A model generated the notes under the pieces. The model did no database searches and was not told the DNA's origin. It saw nothing but the letters and a program-made list of their open reading frames with translations. The position numbers and the translations under genes are program-made. Shown in pieces: positions 28,810 to 41,000 of a stretch of 64,000 nucleotides of DNA. Each line of letters begins with the position of its first letter. Positions within the stretch are counted from its first letter, which is position 1. The DNA lies in contig CAWDOY010000005.1 in the NCBI GenBank assembly GCA_963803975.1, positions 1-64,000 of the forward strand, written 5' to 3'. Source of the DNA: an uncultured delta proteobacterium (GTDB lineage: Bacteria > Desulfobacterota > WTBG01 > CAIYCZ01).

Positions 28810-31425
28810 TTACCGAAGTTTGGTGGCCACTTCCTCTAACGTGATGCACTCAATGCTATCTCCCGGCTGTATATCTTTCGGATCGCCGAAAGATATACCG
28901 CATTCCTGGCTGGTAAGGGCTTCCCGTGCTTCCTCTTTAAACCGTTTGAGCGATGTAATATTCGCTTCGTAGATTACTTTCTGGTTCCGGACCAGCCGCC
29001 CGAGTGATCCTTTGATAATTTTCCCCTCGGTCACGATACAGCCGGCGATGGTGCCCACTTTCGATACGGTAAATACCTGCCGTACTTCCGCCTTGCCGTT
29101 CAGCCGTTCAACAATGGTCGGCTCCAGCATGCCGGCCATGGCCTTTTCCACATCGGTAATAACCTCATAAATAATATTGTATAAGCGGATGGCAACTGCA
29201 GTCTGTTCTGCTTCTTCCACAACTTTTGGTTCGGTCTTGACATTGAATCCGATGATGATGGCGTTTGAGGCAGAGGCCAGCATCACATCGGAAAGGCTGA
29301 TAGAGCCTACTGAAGCGTGAATGATAGCAACCTTTACCGCTTCGGTATTTAAATCGGTGAGCGCTTTGCGCAGTGCTTCCCCAGAGCCCTGCACGTCTGC
29401 CTTAATGATGATATTCAGCTCTTTGACGGCGCCTTCCTTCAGGCTGCTGTAAAAGCTTTCCAGGGATATCCGGGCATCCTTCTGCAGGGTTTCTTCGCGC
29501 TGTTTCTGCTGCCAGTAGAGGCTGGCCTGCCGCGCTTTCTTTTCTTCATCAACCACCAGAAAAATATCGCCGGCATTGGGCACCCCGGAAAACCCCAGCA
29601 CTTCAACCGGCGTGGCGGGGCCTGCCTCCTGCATGGGGCGGCCTTTGTCATCAATCAGGGCGCGGACCTTGCCGAAATTAAACTTCGACACAAACGAGTC
29701 CCCCATATGCAGGGTCCCCTCCTGAACTAAGACAGTGGCAATCGGTCCGCGGCCTCTATCTACTTTTGCCTCGATAATAACCCCTTTTGCCGCTTTACGG
29801 GGGTTTGCCTTGAGTTCCATAATTTCTGCCTGCAGCAGTATTAATTCAAGCAGCTTTTCAATACCGATCTTTTTTTTAGCAGAGATCTCCGCGTATATCG
29901 TATCTCCGCCCCACTCTTCCGGCACCAGCCCGTATTCGGAAAGAGCCTGTTTAACCCGCTCGGGGTTGGCTTCTGGTTTGTCGATTTTATTAATTGCCAC
30001 CAGTATCGGAACCTGTGCTGCCTTGGCATGATTGATGGCCTCAATGGTCTGGGGCTTGGCCCCTTCCTCGGCGGCAACTACCAGCACCACAATGTCGGTC
30101 GCCTGTGCGCCCCGGGCCCTCATTGAGGTAAACGCCTCATGGCCCGGCGTATCGATAAAGACCACATCGCCGCCCGTGGTCGAAACTTTATAGGCACCGA
30201 TGTGCTGCGTAATGCCGCCTTTTTCAGCGTCAGCGACATTGCTTTCCCTGATGGCATCAAGGAGTGAGGTTTTACCGTGATCCACATGACCCATGACGGT
30301 CACAATGGGGCAGCGGAACTGGCGATCTTCCGTTTTATCTTCCCGGGTGTCAAAAATTTTCTCTTCTTCGTTGGTCACCTGTTCAATCTCATAGCCAAAC
30401 TCCTGGGCAACCAGCATAGCCGTATCCACATCAATGGGCTGGTTTATGGTGGTCATTAATCCGAGTCCGACTGCTTTCTTCATGACCCCGGCTACTTTTA
30501 TGCCCATTCTCCTGGCAAGTTCTCCGACGCTGATGCTTTCCTGTATCCGTATCTTTCTCTTGATTGCCTTTGGAACAGTGATCTCCGGCTTGCGGGCCTC
30601 AACCACCGCCAAGCGCTTTTTCTGGAAAGAAGACGCCGGCACCACCTGCAGCTTTTTTCTCTTAACCCCGATTACTTCACGCACCTTGCGGGGCAGATGT
30701 TCAGCCCCCGGCAGAGGCAGACCCTCAAGTTCAGTATCATCATAGAGCGTTTCTTTAGAACGCCTGGTTTTCCATTTTTTAGGTTTCCCTGCAGCCGCTC
30801 CTCCCTCTGTTTCCTCTGCGGGGGGGAGGGGCTTTATCAACTGCTTATCCTTAGATTTTTCTTCTTCGACGGGCAGCGGTGGGGGGGCTTGCTTTTTCTC
30901 TTCTACTACAACCGCCGGCTTGGGTTCCACTCGTTGAACGATGCGGGCAGGTACTTCCTTTTTCAGCTTTTTAGATTTTTTAACGGCTGGCGCAGAAGGC
31001 GTTGATTTCTGTTCAGCAGGAATTTTTTTTACCGGAGTGACCTGATCCTGTTGTGCCTCCTCAAGCGGCGGGGCTGGCGCAGTTTGCTCGCCCGTGGCAA
31101 CCGGTGCCGCTTCAACCCCCTGACCATCTTCAGGCATCTCCGGTCCTGCGACAGGCTTTTGTTTGACCGGCGGCGCGGGAAGCTGCTCCTGCGGAGCAGG
31201 CTCAATCACTTCAACTTTTTTCCTTCTGCGGATTACGGTTGGCATCACCCGCTGCTCAACAATGCTCTCTTTGAAAATTTTTACCAGGCGTTCTTTGATT
31301 TTCTCCACCTGATCATCATTCAAGGCGCACATGTGGTTCTTCGCCTCAATGCCCATGTCTTTGAGCTTGAGCATGAATTCTTTATTATCCAACCGCAGTT
31401 CTTTGGCTAACTCGTGAACCCTCAT
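28810..31425 (-). CDS. infB: Translation initiation factor IF-2
   Basis: [26 protein letters not shown]. Confidence 0.98.
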   Translation of the reverse strand: MRVHELAKELRLDNKEFMLKLKDMGIEAKNHMCALNDDQVEKIKERLVKIFKESIVEQRVMPTVIRRRKKVEVIEPAPQEQLPAPPVKQKPVAGPEMPEDGQGVEAAPVATGEQTAPAPPLEEAQQDQVTPVKKIPAEQKSTPSAPAVKKSKKLKKEVPARIVQRVEPKPAVVVEEKKQAPPPLPVEEEKSKDKQLIKPLPPAEETEGGAAAGKPKKWKTRRSKETLYDDTELEGLPLPGAEHLPRKVREVIGVKRKKLQVVPASSFQKKRLAVVEARKPEITVPKAIKRKIRIQESISVGELARRMGIKVAGVMKKAVGLGLMTTINQPIDVDTAMLVAQEFGYEIEQVTNEEEKIFDTREDKTEDRQFRCPIVTVMGHVDHGKTSLLDAIRESNVADAEKGGITQHIGAYKVSTTGGDVVFIDTPGHEAFTSMRARGAQATDIVVLVVAAEEGAKPQTIEAINHAKAAQVPILVAINKIDKPEANPERVKQALSEYGLVPEEWGGDTIYAEISAKKKIGIEKLLELILLQAEIMELKANPRKAAKGVIIEAKVDRGRGPIATVLVQEGTLHMGDSFVSKFNFGKVRALIDDKGRPMQEAGPATPVEVLGFSGVPNAGDIFLVVDEEKKARQASLYWQQKQREETLQKDARISLESFYSSLKEGAVKELNIIIKADVQGSGEALRKALTDLNTEAVKVAIIHASVGSISLSDVMLASASNAIIIGFNVKTEPKVVEEAEQTAVAIRLYNIIYEVITDVEKAMAGMLEPTIVERLNGKAEVRQVFTVSKVGTIAGCIVTEGKIIKGSLGRLVRNQKVIYEANITSLKRFKEEAREALTSQECGISFGDPKDIQPGDSIECITLEEVATKLR

Positions 31426-31486
31426 AGGCCTTTAGGAATAATTATGCTTATACGTTGTGTAGCAGGCCTTCCTGCTTGAAACCCGG

Positions 31487-32725
31487 CTATGCTTTTTGCA
31501 ATGCCTGTTCTGCTGATTCCCTGATCTTTTTTGCTTTTTTTTCGCCGATGCCGGGTATGGCTGTTAAATCTTCCAGTTTAGCTGAAGCCACATCCTGTAT
31601 CGTGGCATAGTTTGCCTTATACAATATTTCTGCAGTCAATTTCCCGATCCCGGGAATTTCCAGAAGCTGCGCGTACGGCTCCGGCGCTGCACTCTCATCC
31701 TTTACTTTGCTTTTAATATCAATTTTCCAATTAATCAGTTTGGCAGCCAGCCTGACATTCTGCCCCTTCTTGCCGATTGCTAAGGAAAGCTGGTTATCCT
31801 CTACGAACACTTCCATGCTGTGGGCATCTTCATCAACCATAATCTCCGATATTTCTGCAGGGGCCAGTGCACTGCAGGCAAACCGCGCAGTATCCTGAGT
31901 CCACGGTATGATATCAATTTTTTCTCCGCGCAGCTCATGAACAACATTCTGGACTCTGTTCCCCCGGTTGCCGACACAGGCACCGACCGGATCAACCCGC
32001 GGATCTGACGACTCTACTGCAATTTTAGCCCGGCTGCCCGGCTCCCTGGCAACACAGCGTATCTTTACAATCCCTTCGCTGACTTCCGGCACCTCCAACT
32101 CAAACAGTTTGATAAGAAGCCCCGGATGGGTACGTGAAAGCAGAACCTGGGGGCCCTTGGTGCTCTTCCGCACCTCAACAATATAGGCCTTTACCCGCTC
32201 TCTGAGGCTGAATGACTCTTTCGGTATCTGCTCCTGGACCGGCAAAATGGCCTCACTTTTACCCAGGGTCACTATCACATCTCCCTTCTCAAAGCGCTGT
32301 ACTATGCCGGTAACCAGGTCGCCTTTTTTATCCTTGAATTCCTGAAATACATTTTCCCGCTCTGCTTCCCGTATGGTCTGCATGATTACCTGTTTGGCGG
32401 TCTGGGCCGCTATTCTGCCAAACAGGGAAGTATCCATTTTTTCGCCCTGACTGTCACCCAGTTCAGCCTCAGGGTCTTTCTTCTTTGCCTCTTCAAGGGA
32501 AACTTCTTTTCCCCGATTGCTCACGCTTTCCACTACTGTTCTAAAGCGGAACAGTTCAACTTCGCCCGACTCCTCGTTATAGGTTGCTTCTATCTCCGAG
32601 TTTTGACCGCATTTGTTTTTTGCCACTTTGAGGAGGGCTTCTTCCAGCGCACTAATAATTACCTGCTTGTTAATACCCTTCTCTTTACCAAGCTCTTCTA
32701 TGACTCTTCCTAATTCTGTAAACAT
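31487..32725 (-). CDS. nusA: Transcription termination/antitermination factor NusA
   Basis: FGRIAAQTAKQ, AREPGSRAK, AIGKKGQNVRLA. Confidence 0.97.
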   Translation of the reverse strand: MFTELGRVIEELGKEKGINKQVIISALEEALLKVAKNKCGQNSEIEATYNEESGEVELFRFRTVVESVSNRGKEVSLEEAKKKDPEAELGDSQGEKMDTSLFGRIAAQTAKQVIMQTIREAERENVFQEFKDKKGDLVTGIVQRFEKGDVIVTLGKSEAILPVQEQIPKESFSLRERVKAYIVEVRKSTKGPQVLLSRTHPGLLIKLFELEVPEVSEGIVKIRCVAREPGSRAKIAVESSDPRVDPVGACVGNRGNRVQNVVHELRGEKIDIIPWTQDTARFACSALAPAEISEIMVDEDAHSMEVFVEDNQLSLAIGKKGQNVRLAAKLINWKIDIKSKVKDESAAPEPYAQLLEIPGIGKLTAEILYKANYATIQDVASAKLEDLTAIPGIGEKKAKKIRESAEQALQKA

Positions 32726-32882
32726 TTCACTTCCCTTTTATTTAAAAGGCATTACTGACAATCTGTACCATGGCAGATGATACCGGTGTGCCGGGAGGAG
32801 CATTATTGCTATTATGAGTCGGTAATATTATAATATTATAGTTGCCGACTATTAACATGTTCATTAATCGATACTACTTACC

Positions 32883-33353
32883 TTATAATGGAATATCTAA
32901 GTTTGCCTTTTCTATTACGCCATAGGGAATAGTATATTCTTTTCCTTCAACCTCCACTAAGACAGTATCCTGCTGATAGCCCATGAGCTTTCCCTTGAAG
33001 GTCTTCCTGTTGTCTATCAAACAACTGGTTTTTATGGTAACGCACTCTCCGATATACCGTTTATAATCAGATTCTTTCTTCAGCGGTCTTCTTACTCCCG
33101 GTGATGAAACTTCTAACGTATAGGGATGGTGAATAATATCTTTCACGTCCAGCAGATCACTCACCTGCCGGCTTATGGTGCTGCAGTCATCGATTGTAAC
33201 CCCGTCTGATTTATCAATCAGAACCCGCAGCACCCATCCCAGTGATTCCCTTCTAAATTGCACCTCTACTAATTCCATCTGTTCATGCTTAAGGAGCGTT
33301 TCAACCAGATGGCTGATTTCCTGTATAACTGAATCCTGATTCTCAATCTTCAT
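32883..33353 (-). CDS. rimP: Ribosome maturation factor RimP
   Basis: GVTIDDC, YTLEVSSPG. Confidence 0.95.
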   Translation of the reverse strand: MKIENQDSVIQEISHLVETLLKHEQMELVEVQFRRESLGWVLRVLIDKSDGVTIDDCSTISRQVSDLLDVKDIIHHPYTLEVSSPGVRRPLKKESDYKRYIGECVTIKTSCLIDNRKTFKGKLMGYQQDTVLVEVEGKEYTIPYGVIEKANLDIPL

Positions 33354-33374
33354 CGCGCAGATTTATGATTTAAT

Positions 33375-33399
33375 AAAAAAAGTGGGCAGAGCCCACTTT
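33375..33399 (-). terminator. rimP leader hairpin/terminator
   Basis: aaagtgggc-tct-gcccacttt followed by a T-run on the minus strand, just upstream of rimP. Confidence 0.65.
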
Positions 33400-33475
33400 C
33401 CTTAAACCACAAGAATTAAGAATATAGCACAGGATTATAAGAATAAAAAGAAAATAATCCTGTGTTAATTACCCG

Positions 33476-33551
33476 TGGAGCGGGCAACGGGATTCGAACC
33501 CGCGACACCAAGCTTGGGAAGCTTGTACTCTACCAACTGAGCTATGCCCGC
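33476..33551 (-). tRNA. tRNA-Gly (CCC)
   Basis: gcgggcatagctcagttggtagag...caagc-ttcccaa-gcttg...ggttcgaatccc...ccgctcca; 76 nt, encoded CCA. Confidence 0.97.
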
Positions 33552-33562
33552 CTTTAAATAGA

Positions 33563-33590
33563 ATTATACTTCGTGTTTGCAGGGTGTCAA
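33563..33590 (-). promoter_or_regulatory. Sigma70 promoter of tRNA-Gly
   Basis: TTGACA-16 nt-TATAAT on the minus strand. Confidence 0.8.
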
Positions 33591-33746
33591 TCTTTTTTTA
33601 GCTCCTTAACCGCGCACACTACCCCCGGATGGTACTATGCATATTGTTAATTGCCCTTCCCTGCGCTATTCTTTTTTTCATATTTTTGTAAAAATATGCT
33701 ATAGGTACATGCTTGTTTTTCTACCATAGAACCAATAGGGACCATA

Positions 33747-34403
33747 ATGAAAACAAAAAAACAGAACAGGAAACTGCTGTCAGGCAGCTTTTTCCAGGGA
33801 ATAGTGAGCCGGGAAAATATAGAGGCCATTGTTATTGCTGTGGTACTGGCACTCTTTATAAGAACGTTTGTAGTCCAGGCATTTAAAATACCTTCCGGTT
33901 CCATGGAACCTACCCTGTTAATCGGGGATCACATCCTGGTAAATAAATTTATGTACGGTATTACCATCCCCTTCACTGAAAAAAAGATTTTTCAATTTAG
34001 AAAGCCCTCTCGTGGTGATGTAGTTGTTTTTATTTTCCCCGAGGACCCCAGCAAGGATTTCATCAAGCGGGTTATTGCGGTTGAAGGCGATCAACTTGCT
34101 ATTAAGGATAAAAAGATTTTTATTAATGCTCAGCCGGTCAATGACCCGTATGGTGTTTACCGGGACCCTTATATTATCCAGGGACGGGGGAGCGAAATGA
34201 ACCGCGACAATTTTGGACCGGTGACCGTTCCGCCCCATGCTCTCTTTGTCATGGGGGATAACCGGGATAAAAGCTATGACAGCCGCTTCTGGGGGTATGT
34301 AGATCTCAATAAGGTAAAGGGGAAAGCGTTTCTTATTTACTGGTCATGGGGTGGTCTTTTCCAGGACATACGCTGGAATCGTATCGGCAAGATTATTCAT
34401 TAA
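33747..34403 (+). CDS. lepB: Signal peptidase I
   Basis: IPSGSMEPTL, FIKRVI, MGDNRDKSYDSR. Confidence 0.96.
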   Translation: MKTKKQNRKLLSGSFFQGIVSRENIEAIVIAVVLALFIRTFVVQAFKIPSGSMEPTLLIGDHILVNKFMYGITIPFTEKKIFQFRKPSRGDVVVFIFPEDPSKDFIKRVIAVEGDQLAIKDKKIFINAQPVNDPYGVYRDPYIIQGRGSEMNRDNFGPVTVPPHALFVMGDNRDKSYDSRFWGYVDLNKVKGKAFLIYWSWGGLFQDIRWNRIGKIIH

Positions 34404-34459
34404 GCACCAGCACCTGGTGTGCAGATAAAAAATCTCATTGATGGCTATCAGTTTTGAAT

Positions 34460-34508
34460 ATATAAAAAGGCAGGAGTTTAATAATGTGACCCCTGCCTTT
34501 TTTATATA
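34460..34508. terminator. Bidirectional terminator between lepB and pilY1 copy A
   Basis: aaaaaggcagg...cctgcctttttt inverted repeat. Confidence 0.6.
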
Positions 34509-34580
34509 CATGTAACCCACACATCTTTTGACAGTATGAAGGACTCTGCAGCCAGGTCAGAATTCCCTGATATGCCGGGT

Positions 34581-37500
34581 CTATTTTCCTTCTTTCCAAT
34601 ACTGCGTACCGCTTTTTACGGCAATCGCCGGCGTCACATCAATCTGCACTATTTGCCCGGTGCTTAATTGACTGATGACCGTTCCGGTCTGGCCTTCCTT
34701 CTTGCCCACATGAATGGCTGGACTCGATGCAAGGCCGGCACCCATATCCTGAGTAAACTTAATTTCTGCCGAGTTATCCTGATTTTTGAAAACCGGTTTT
34801 TTGTATGCAGTACCTGTTATATAATAAAGACCATATAAACGGCTGTTTCCTCCTGACAGGCAGAGATTTGAATCAGGGGTAAAAGTGGGAAACAGTGCAA
34901 TCCCGCCAAAGGCAGCAGGTTTATTGACCACGCGCTCGGAAGGGCTGCCTGTGGTTACCGCAAGTCTCCGGTACCAGCCCTGATAGATCTCAACGCCCTG
35001 ATTATCTTTTTTCTGCACGCCTTCTTTCACAAAGTTATCAAAGGTTTTTCCTCTCAGCACATCGGAGGTGTTTGCGGTGTCAATGGTGCTGTCTGCTTTA
35101 ACCGCGTAGGACGTAGCATCAAAGAGATCTGCAATGCCTATGGTACAGCCGGAAGGATTATAATTATGCAGGCAGGACGGAAGCTGCGCGTCACCCTCAG
35201 CTTTGCCCCGCGAGTTATAAAAAGGATCCTTTAGGCCGAACAGGTAATTTTGATTTTCATCGGTCTTGTCTGCTGTTGTTATATATCTTCCGGTACCAAG
35301 AAAAATCCATGCATTGTCTTTATTGTCAACGCTCACGGTAAAGGGGGCGGAGAAATATCCCGGCTGCGGCAAATCAGAAAAATCTGCCAGCGGCACCCAC
35401 TTCCAGTTCGCCGGTTGATCATCGTATGCTAACGGATCATAGACACTATTCGTTTGCTGTGGAATCGCAATTTTGTATACTTTTGCTTTCCAGTTTGACG
35501 GAGACCCCCCCTTATATGATTCTCCCACATAGATAGCGGCCACGCTGTAATTCATGTTTTTATCAAGAGCAATTGGTGAATTCATAACCGCGTTGTTTTC
35601 GCTTGTTTCAAGACCGGAGGGAAAGGTCCGCAGCAGAGTGCCGCTCGCCAGATCAGCGATATACACCCGGCCGGGATTGGTGCTGGTGCCGTCATAATCA
35701 GTGGGGCCGGAAGTTGCGACAAGGAACCACGCATCATTGACCTTGACAATACAGGGGGTGTTCGTGCTGTACCCCATGCCGCTGAAGCTCTTTTCCCAGA
35801 GCAGGGTCGGCAGCTGTGACGGGTCGGTTATGTCAAGAACCACATAGCTTGAGGAAAACGATTTAGCCCCTCCGGAGAAAGCGGCATCAGTCACGGTAAC
35901 TGCCGGTCCGCCCATGTTCATGCCGCAGATGAGAAGCGTTCCCCAGCCATTGGGATGGGTTGCATCGGGAGTAAATATTTTCGCATCAACCACCTTGGGT
36001 TTTAAATCCACATAGCTTAAATGGCTGTAGCTCGTCGATGCCAGCCACTTCAGGTGCGGCAGCAGGCACTGAGGAACATAGGCCCACAGTTCCTCTCCGA
36101 TACCAACGGTCGAACCTGATTCAAACTTCTTTTCCTCTACATTGTATTGCCCGGCACTGAACGCATGGATCATGCCGTCATTGGCCCCGACATAGACCAC
36201 GGTCTCGCGGTTCTTGTAGGCATCATAAAACTGCTTATACGAAGTCATCGTCGTAGAGCAGCCCGTACAGCTCCACTGGTTTTGATATGGATACCGGTGT
36301 GGAATAAACAATATCACCAAGCACCCAGGAGTGGGTCTCTCCATCTATGGTTATATTCCGCTTGCGCAGCGTCGGACTCCCCGCATAGAGCGTAGAGTTG
36401 TCATCAGCGCCGCGGATAAAATTAATGATATTTGCCGCCCGGTTATTCTGCGTTGCGCCCAGTTTTTCGTAGACCGCATCGCTCGTAACCTCAAAATACG
36501 GCTTCAGCGTGTCTGCATTATCCGCGGTAAAAGGTATAACACTATCCGCGTAGGTATAAATCCTTCGGTCTGCGGGATCTCCCGCCCACAGCTTTTTCCC
36601 TGCCTCCCATACCGACTGTATGTTATCTAATGCAATGTATTCTGGCGTAGTGTTTTTGTCATAGGGGTGCATGGTGTCAACCGGATAGCGTTTTACCTTT
36701 GTATCTCCGGTATCGGGGTCCTGAAAGTATTCGATAATTTTATCTTCTGTGACATTCAGCTTGTAGTCGTGAACCGTGTCCTCGCGAATATTGCCATAGG
36801 CGTCTACCCACAGACACTGCAGATATCCGGCCCAGGTAATATCATGGAGGCCGGTTTCATCCGTAACCTTTGGCTTGAAATAGGCCTGTATCAGGGTTCC
36901 CTCCCCTTCTCCCTTGGTTGCAAGAACCGATACCGCAGACCCTGAAGCTGCTTTTCTAAGTATCGCGGAGAAGGACTTATTGAGCTGTTCTTCAAGCCTC
37001 AGCGGGTTTTGGACGTAAAAATAGTTGTCAGGCACCCCGTCATTATCAGTATCCCATTCCCGGGGATCATCGGGGATGTTGTTGTTATTAATATCCTCAA
37101 ATCCGCCCCACTTCGCTGCGTACCAGAGGGGGTTCTGCAGCAGTGATGCGCCCGAGGTTGTGCCCGAGGTAAATGTTATTGAGTTGGTTAACGGTAATGC
37201 TGCGCCCGCATGCTGCGGGGTGTCGAGGTAATAATTGACATCAGAGCCTTCCGCAGTATCCATGTCACGTACCACCAGATAGGTTCCGTCTGCGGTAGTT
37301 CCGGATATGATATAGCCCATGTGCTGTATAATACAACCGGCAGCATATTCTGATGAATCAACCGTTATCATTACCGTGTTACCCACCACCTGGTACTCAT
37401 AGAACGCTATCGCATCCATATCGTGATCCGCGCCCTGCTCCACGTCTTCATAGTTGATGCGGAACCGGCCGTAGCCGGGGGTGAGCGCTTCTACATAAAA

Positions 37501-39767
37501 GTCAACGATCTGATTTGTGGGCTGAAACGCCCCCTGGGTACCGTCAATCCCGTAGCACCCGCCCACTGATTTGGCAAACGGCACCATGGTCACGGTTGTA
37601 TCTCCTACCGGAATTTCAATCCGCGGCAGCGGTGAAGAGAGCGCTACGGCAAAGGTTGATATTTTCTGCGCGTTTTGCGCGGTCGTATTCACATCATTTA
37701 TATGTCCGAAATATGCCACTGATGCGGAATAAAAACTCCCCTGTTTGGTCGGTTCCTCCGGGCACTGCCCGCGGACACTGCCAAAACCGGTTACACTCTT
37801 TGGCGTGCAGGCTCCATCATACGTTGAGCCGGCCTGCCCGATGTAAAATGACCCGCTCACCCCCTCCTCCGTGCTGATGGTATTGGCTAACGTTGCTGCG
37901 TCCAGCCCGGTCACGTCCCCTGAAAAAGAGCCGAAGGCAGTCCCCGGCACCTGGTTGGAATCATAGTTCGGAATGACGTCACTCAGAACCAGCATGAAGG
38001 GTTTTGCGCAGTAGCTGAAACCATCGGTGGTATTATACGGGTTTTTCCATGTTGCCTTTGGCAGGCCCAGGGTGCTGTCATCAGTTGTGCCGGAATAATC
38101 AAAGACCTGATGTCGGCGCGGCTTTACCGGCAAAATAGCGCAGCGCCTCATACATCATCTCGCCGATGGGGTTGCCCCACATCCGGCATTCTCCTTCATT
38201 TAGCGTACGGGTGGTAATCCATCCGCAGTTCTGATTATAGGAATAGTCCCCGTAGTTAAACCCGACGATCCGCAGCTTGTTCAGCGTGCTGATAATACCG
38301 TTCACCGAGGTGAATTTACCGGTATTCGAATCAATCTCATCCTTAATTGACCCGATGTTTTTCCGCAGCACCCCGCCTGATTCATTTTTCGCATAGGTGC
38401 CGGTGACAAGGCCGAAATACATGCGGTCTGATTCACCGTAGCGCTGCAGCAGCCCGGTCGGCTTATACCCATTGGAGGGATATTTCTTGCAGTTGGATTC
38501 GGGCATGGAGTCAACGCCCACCTTTACCCGCACTACATAGTCAGTCATGGCGGATGTCGGTGTGGTCTTCTGCCAGTAGAGATAGTAGTTGTCACCTCCG
38601 GTCTTTTCCTGGTGACGGAAGGTAATGGCGTGCGTACCAGCAGAGAGGGAAATGCTGCCGCTGTGCGTGGTGCACGAACACTTTCCATGAGCACCATACC
38701 ATGACGCAACGACGGTTCCGTCAATAATCAGTTCTACCGCATCATCACCATCTACGGCAAAGGTCCAGGTGCCGGTTGTGGGCACGACGATGTTTCCCTG
38801 AAAAATGGTCAAATAATAATCCTGCTGAGCATTAAAAGGGTTTCCCGTGCCGTTTATGTAGCCTACAGAGCCAGTGCCGAACCGATTCGCAACAGTGGCA
38901 TAATTATTAACCAGTGTTTCAAAATCTGCATTATTTGCCGGAAAGGATGTATAGCCGGTCGTATTATACGTGGCCCTGGTCAGGTTTTGAAACGCGCTCT
39001 GCGGCACTATCTCCCACGTGGTACCGCCGGCATGAGCACAATTAGGCCCTGATCCGCCATTGAGGCATTTGGTGCCTGCCACCGGCCGCTCGATTGATAC
39101 CCACTCCCAGATCCGGTAACTGCTGTTGTCCAGCACGCGCAAAAGCGGGTTGCCGTTATCACTCAAGCGTGGTGCTGGCAAACAAATGCCGGGTGCCGGC
39201 AGCAGGAAGAGCCAGCGGCGTGTACTCCCTGATATCATACCCGTCACGCGCTATACTCTCATATTCTTTTCCCCATGAATGGGCATCCTGGGGGATGTAT
39301 GCCCGCTGCAGGACTGTTTCCGTATCCGTGTCCGTCGAGCGGTATCCGCCGTAGAGCACCTTTCTCAGGCAATCCATGCGCGACATGGTCAGGTAATTGA
39401 GAAAATCGCCGCTCCAGTGTCCTGAGCATTTTTTATTGCTGGTCGTGGCTACCGGCTCGAAACGGCTGTTAGCGCTGCTGTAGTCATAGCACTTATAGCT
39501 ATCAAAATAGCCGTAGTAGTCAATGGCGGGGTTATACCCGACATCCAGAACGCCGTCGCCGTTAAGGTCAGAGGCATCATTGTATGCTTCATAATAGAGC
39601 TTGTGATCCCGCTCCATGACCAGCATCACCAGCGGCGGCACTTCCCCGTTTAAAAAAAGAGGCGCCGGCTGATTCGGCTGCGTATCACCGCACAAGCCGT
39701 TTACACAGGACAGGCTGATAAGCATAACAATAACAGCACAATTTAACACAACTCTGTTTTTTTTCAT
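34581..39767 (-). CDS. pilY1: PilY1/PilC-type pilus tip adhesin, copy A, with PA14 domain (frameshifts ~39165, ~38105, ~36240)
   Basis: Four overlapping ORFs colinear with copy B; LGDIVYSTP, VYVGANDGMIHAF, ELWAYVP, PLWYAAKWGGF, DGDD (PA14). Confidence 0.88.
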
Positions 39768-39797
39768 CTTACACCTCATAAATTTTCCACGGCGGAA

Positions 39798-40439
39798 TTA
39801 CCGCGGCACATAGCGAAAGCCAAGAAATATCTCGGATTGGGGAACATGCGGATTTATAGTATTATCCGCCAGGCGCAGAGTCCTTGCGGGCAACGTTCCG
39901 ATGCAGTCCATATTATATATTACCTTGTGCGAGGACACGCCCGCTCCTTCGGCACCCGAGCCGAACTCTGCCCCGCTTCCGGCAATATGGCGGACATCGA
40001 CTTTATCGACATCCACATCACCATTAAACTGGTTTGTTAATCTTATTGACACATCGGGGACTGCGTCTTCCACCGTGTCATTCTGATAATCCTTCTTCCA
40101 GGTACTGCCGGGCCAGGGATTCACGTCTTTTGCTTCCAATAAAAATGCCCCGTCGTTTATTTGTATGTAGCCATGTAAACCAAGGTCTGCAAATTTCTCA
40201 TTATCTGACCATGTACCATAGGCATCCTTTTCCAGCAGTGCCTCAGCAGCTGCTGCAGAACCTGCTTCAGCCTGATAAAACGTCTCCTTATGAACCCGTT
40301 CATTGCCCGCAATATCCAGCTCAATGGTGCTGGTTGACATGGCAGCCATGCCGATCATGGTGCAGATCGTTAACATAAAAAGGGCCAATACCAATACAAA
40401 GCCTTGTTCATTGTTATCCGATGATATGGTATGTTTCAT
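39798..40439 (-). CDS. pilX: PilX-like minor pilin, copy A
   Basis: G|FVLVLAL without E5; IAGNER..TFYQAEAG. Confidence 0.82.
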   Translation of the reverse strand: MKHTISSDNNEQGFVLVLALFMLTICTMIGMAAMSTSTIELDIAGNERVHKETFYQAEAGSAAAAEALLEKDAYGTWSDNEKFADLGLHGYIQINDGAFLLEAKDVNPWPGSTWKKDYQNDTVEDAVPDVSIRLTNQFNGDVDVDKVDVRHIAGSGAEFGSGAEGAGVSSHKVIYNMDCIGTLPARTLRLADNTINPHVPQSEIFLGFRYVPR

Positions 40440-40476
40440 ACAAACATTCCTCATGCTTTTTAGCGTTAATCCTGCC

Positions 40477-40993
40477 CTATCTGTGCGGCGACACCATAAA
40501 CCGCAGTGAGAGCGGCTTGGTAATGGAGCTCTGATTATCTGCCTTTTCCAAACGGGCGATTGTTACCGTGGTTTCTATTTCCACCGTGGTAGTGTTTTCA
40601 ACGCGGAGAGTTGGCGGTTATACGCCATCTGGTGTTACACCCCCGGCCTATTGCATTCGGCAACTGTGCCTGCGAAAAAGTACCTAACCCCCATTCCTGG
40701 AACTTTTCAATTACTGTTTCGTTGCTGTCCGGCAGCTGACGCTCCGTAGGCTGCGTGTCCAGAACATTTGCGTCAAGGGCCGCGACCTTGTCATAGGGCT
40801 GATTCATAAGCCATTCCATCCAGGCTTCACCGAGGGTGCTTCCTGCCGTATATCTTCCGGCTGATACATTGTACTGTATGGCCTTGGTCTGCATCGCCGC
40901 AACACCAAGCAGGCCCACCACCAGCACGACTATGGCGATCATCACCTCCATAATGGAAAACCCCGTTTCATTGTCTCTTGCCAGTATCTTCAT
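40477..40993 (-). CDS. pilV: PilV-like minor pilin, copy A (frameshift ~40600)
   Basis: G|FSIMEVMIAIVVLVVGLLGVAAMQ; tail ENTTTVEIET matches copy B. Confidence 0.8.
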
Positions 40994-41000
40994 GGTTGCG

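Noticed and set aside
33476..33551. tRNA-Gly as integration site of the pilus region
   Set aside because: No duplicated tRNA 3' end or integrase seen; the 3' side leads into the core rimP operon.
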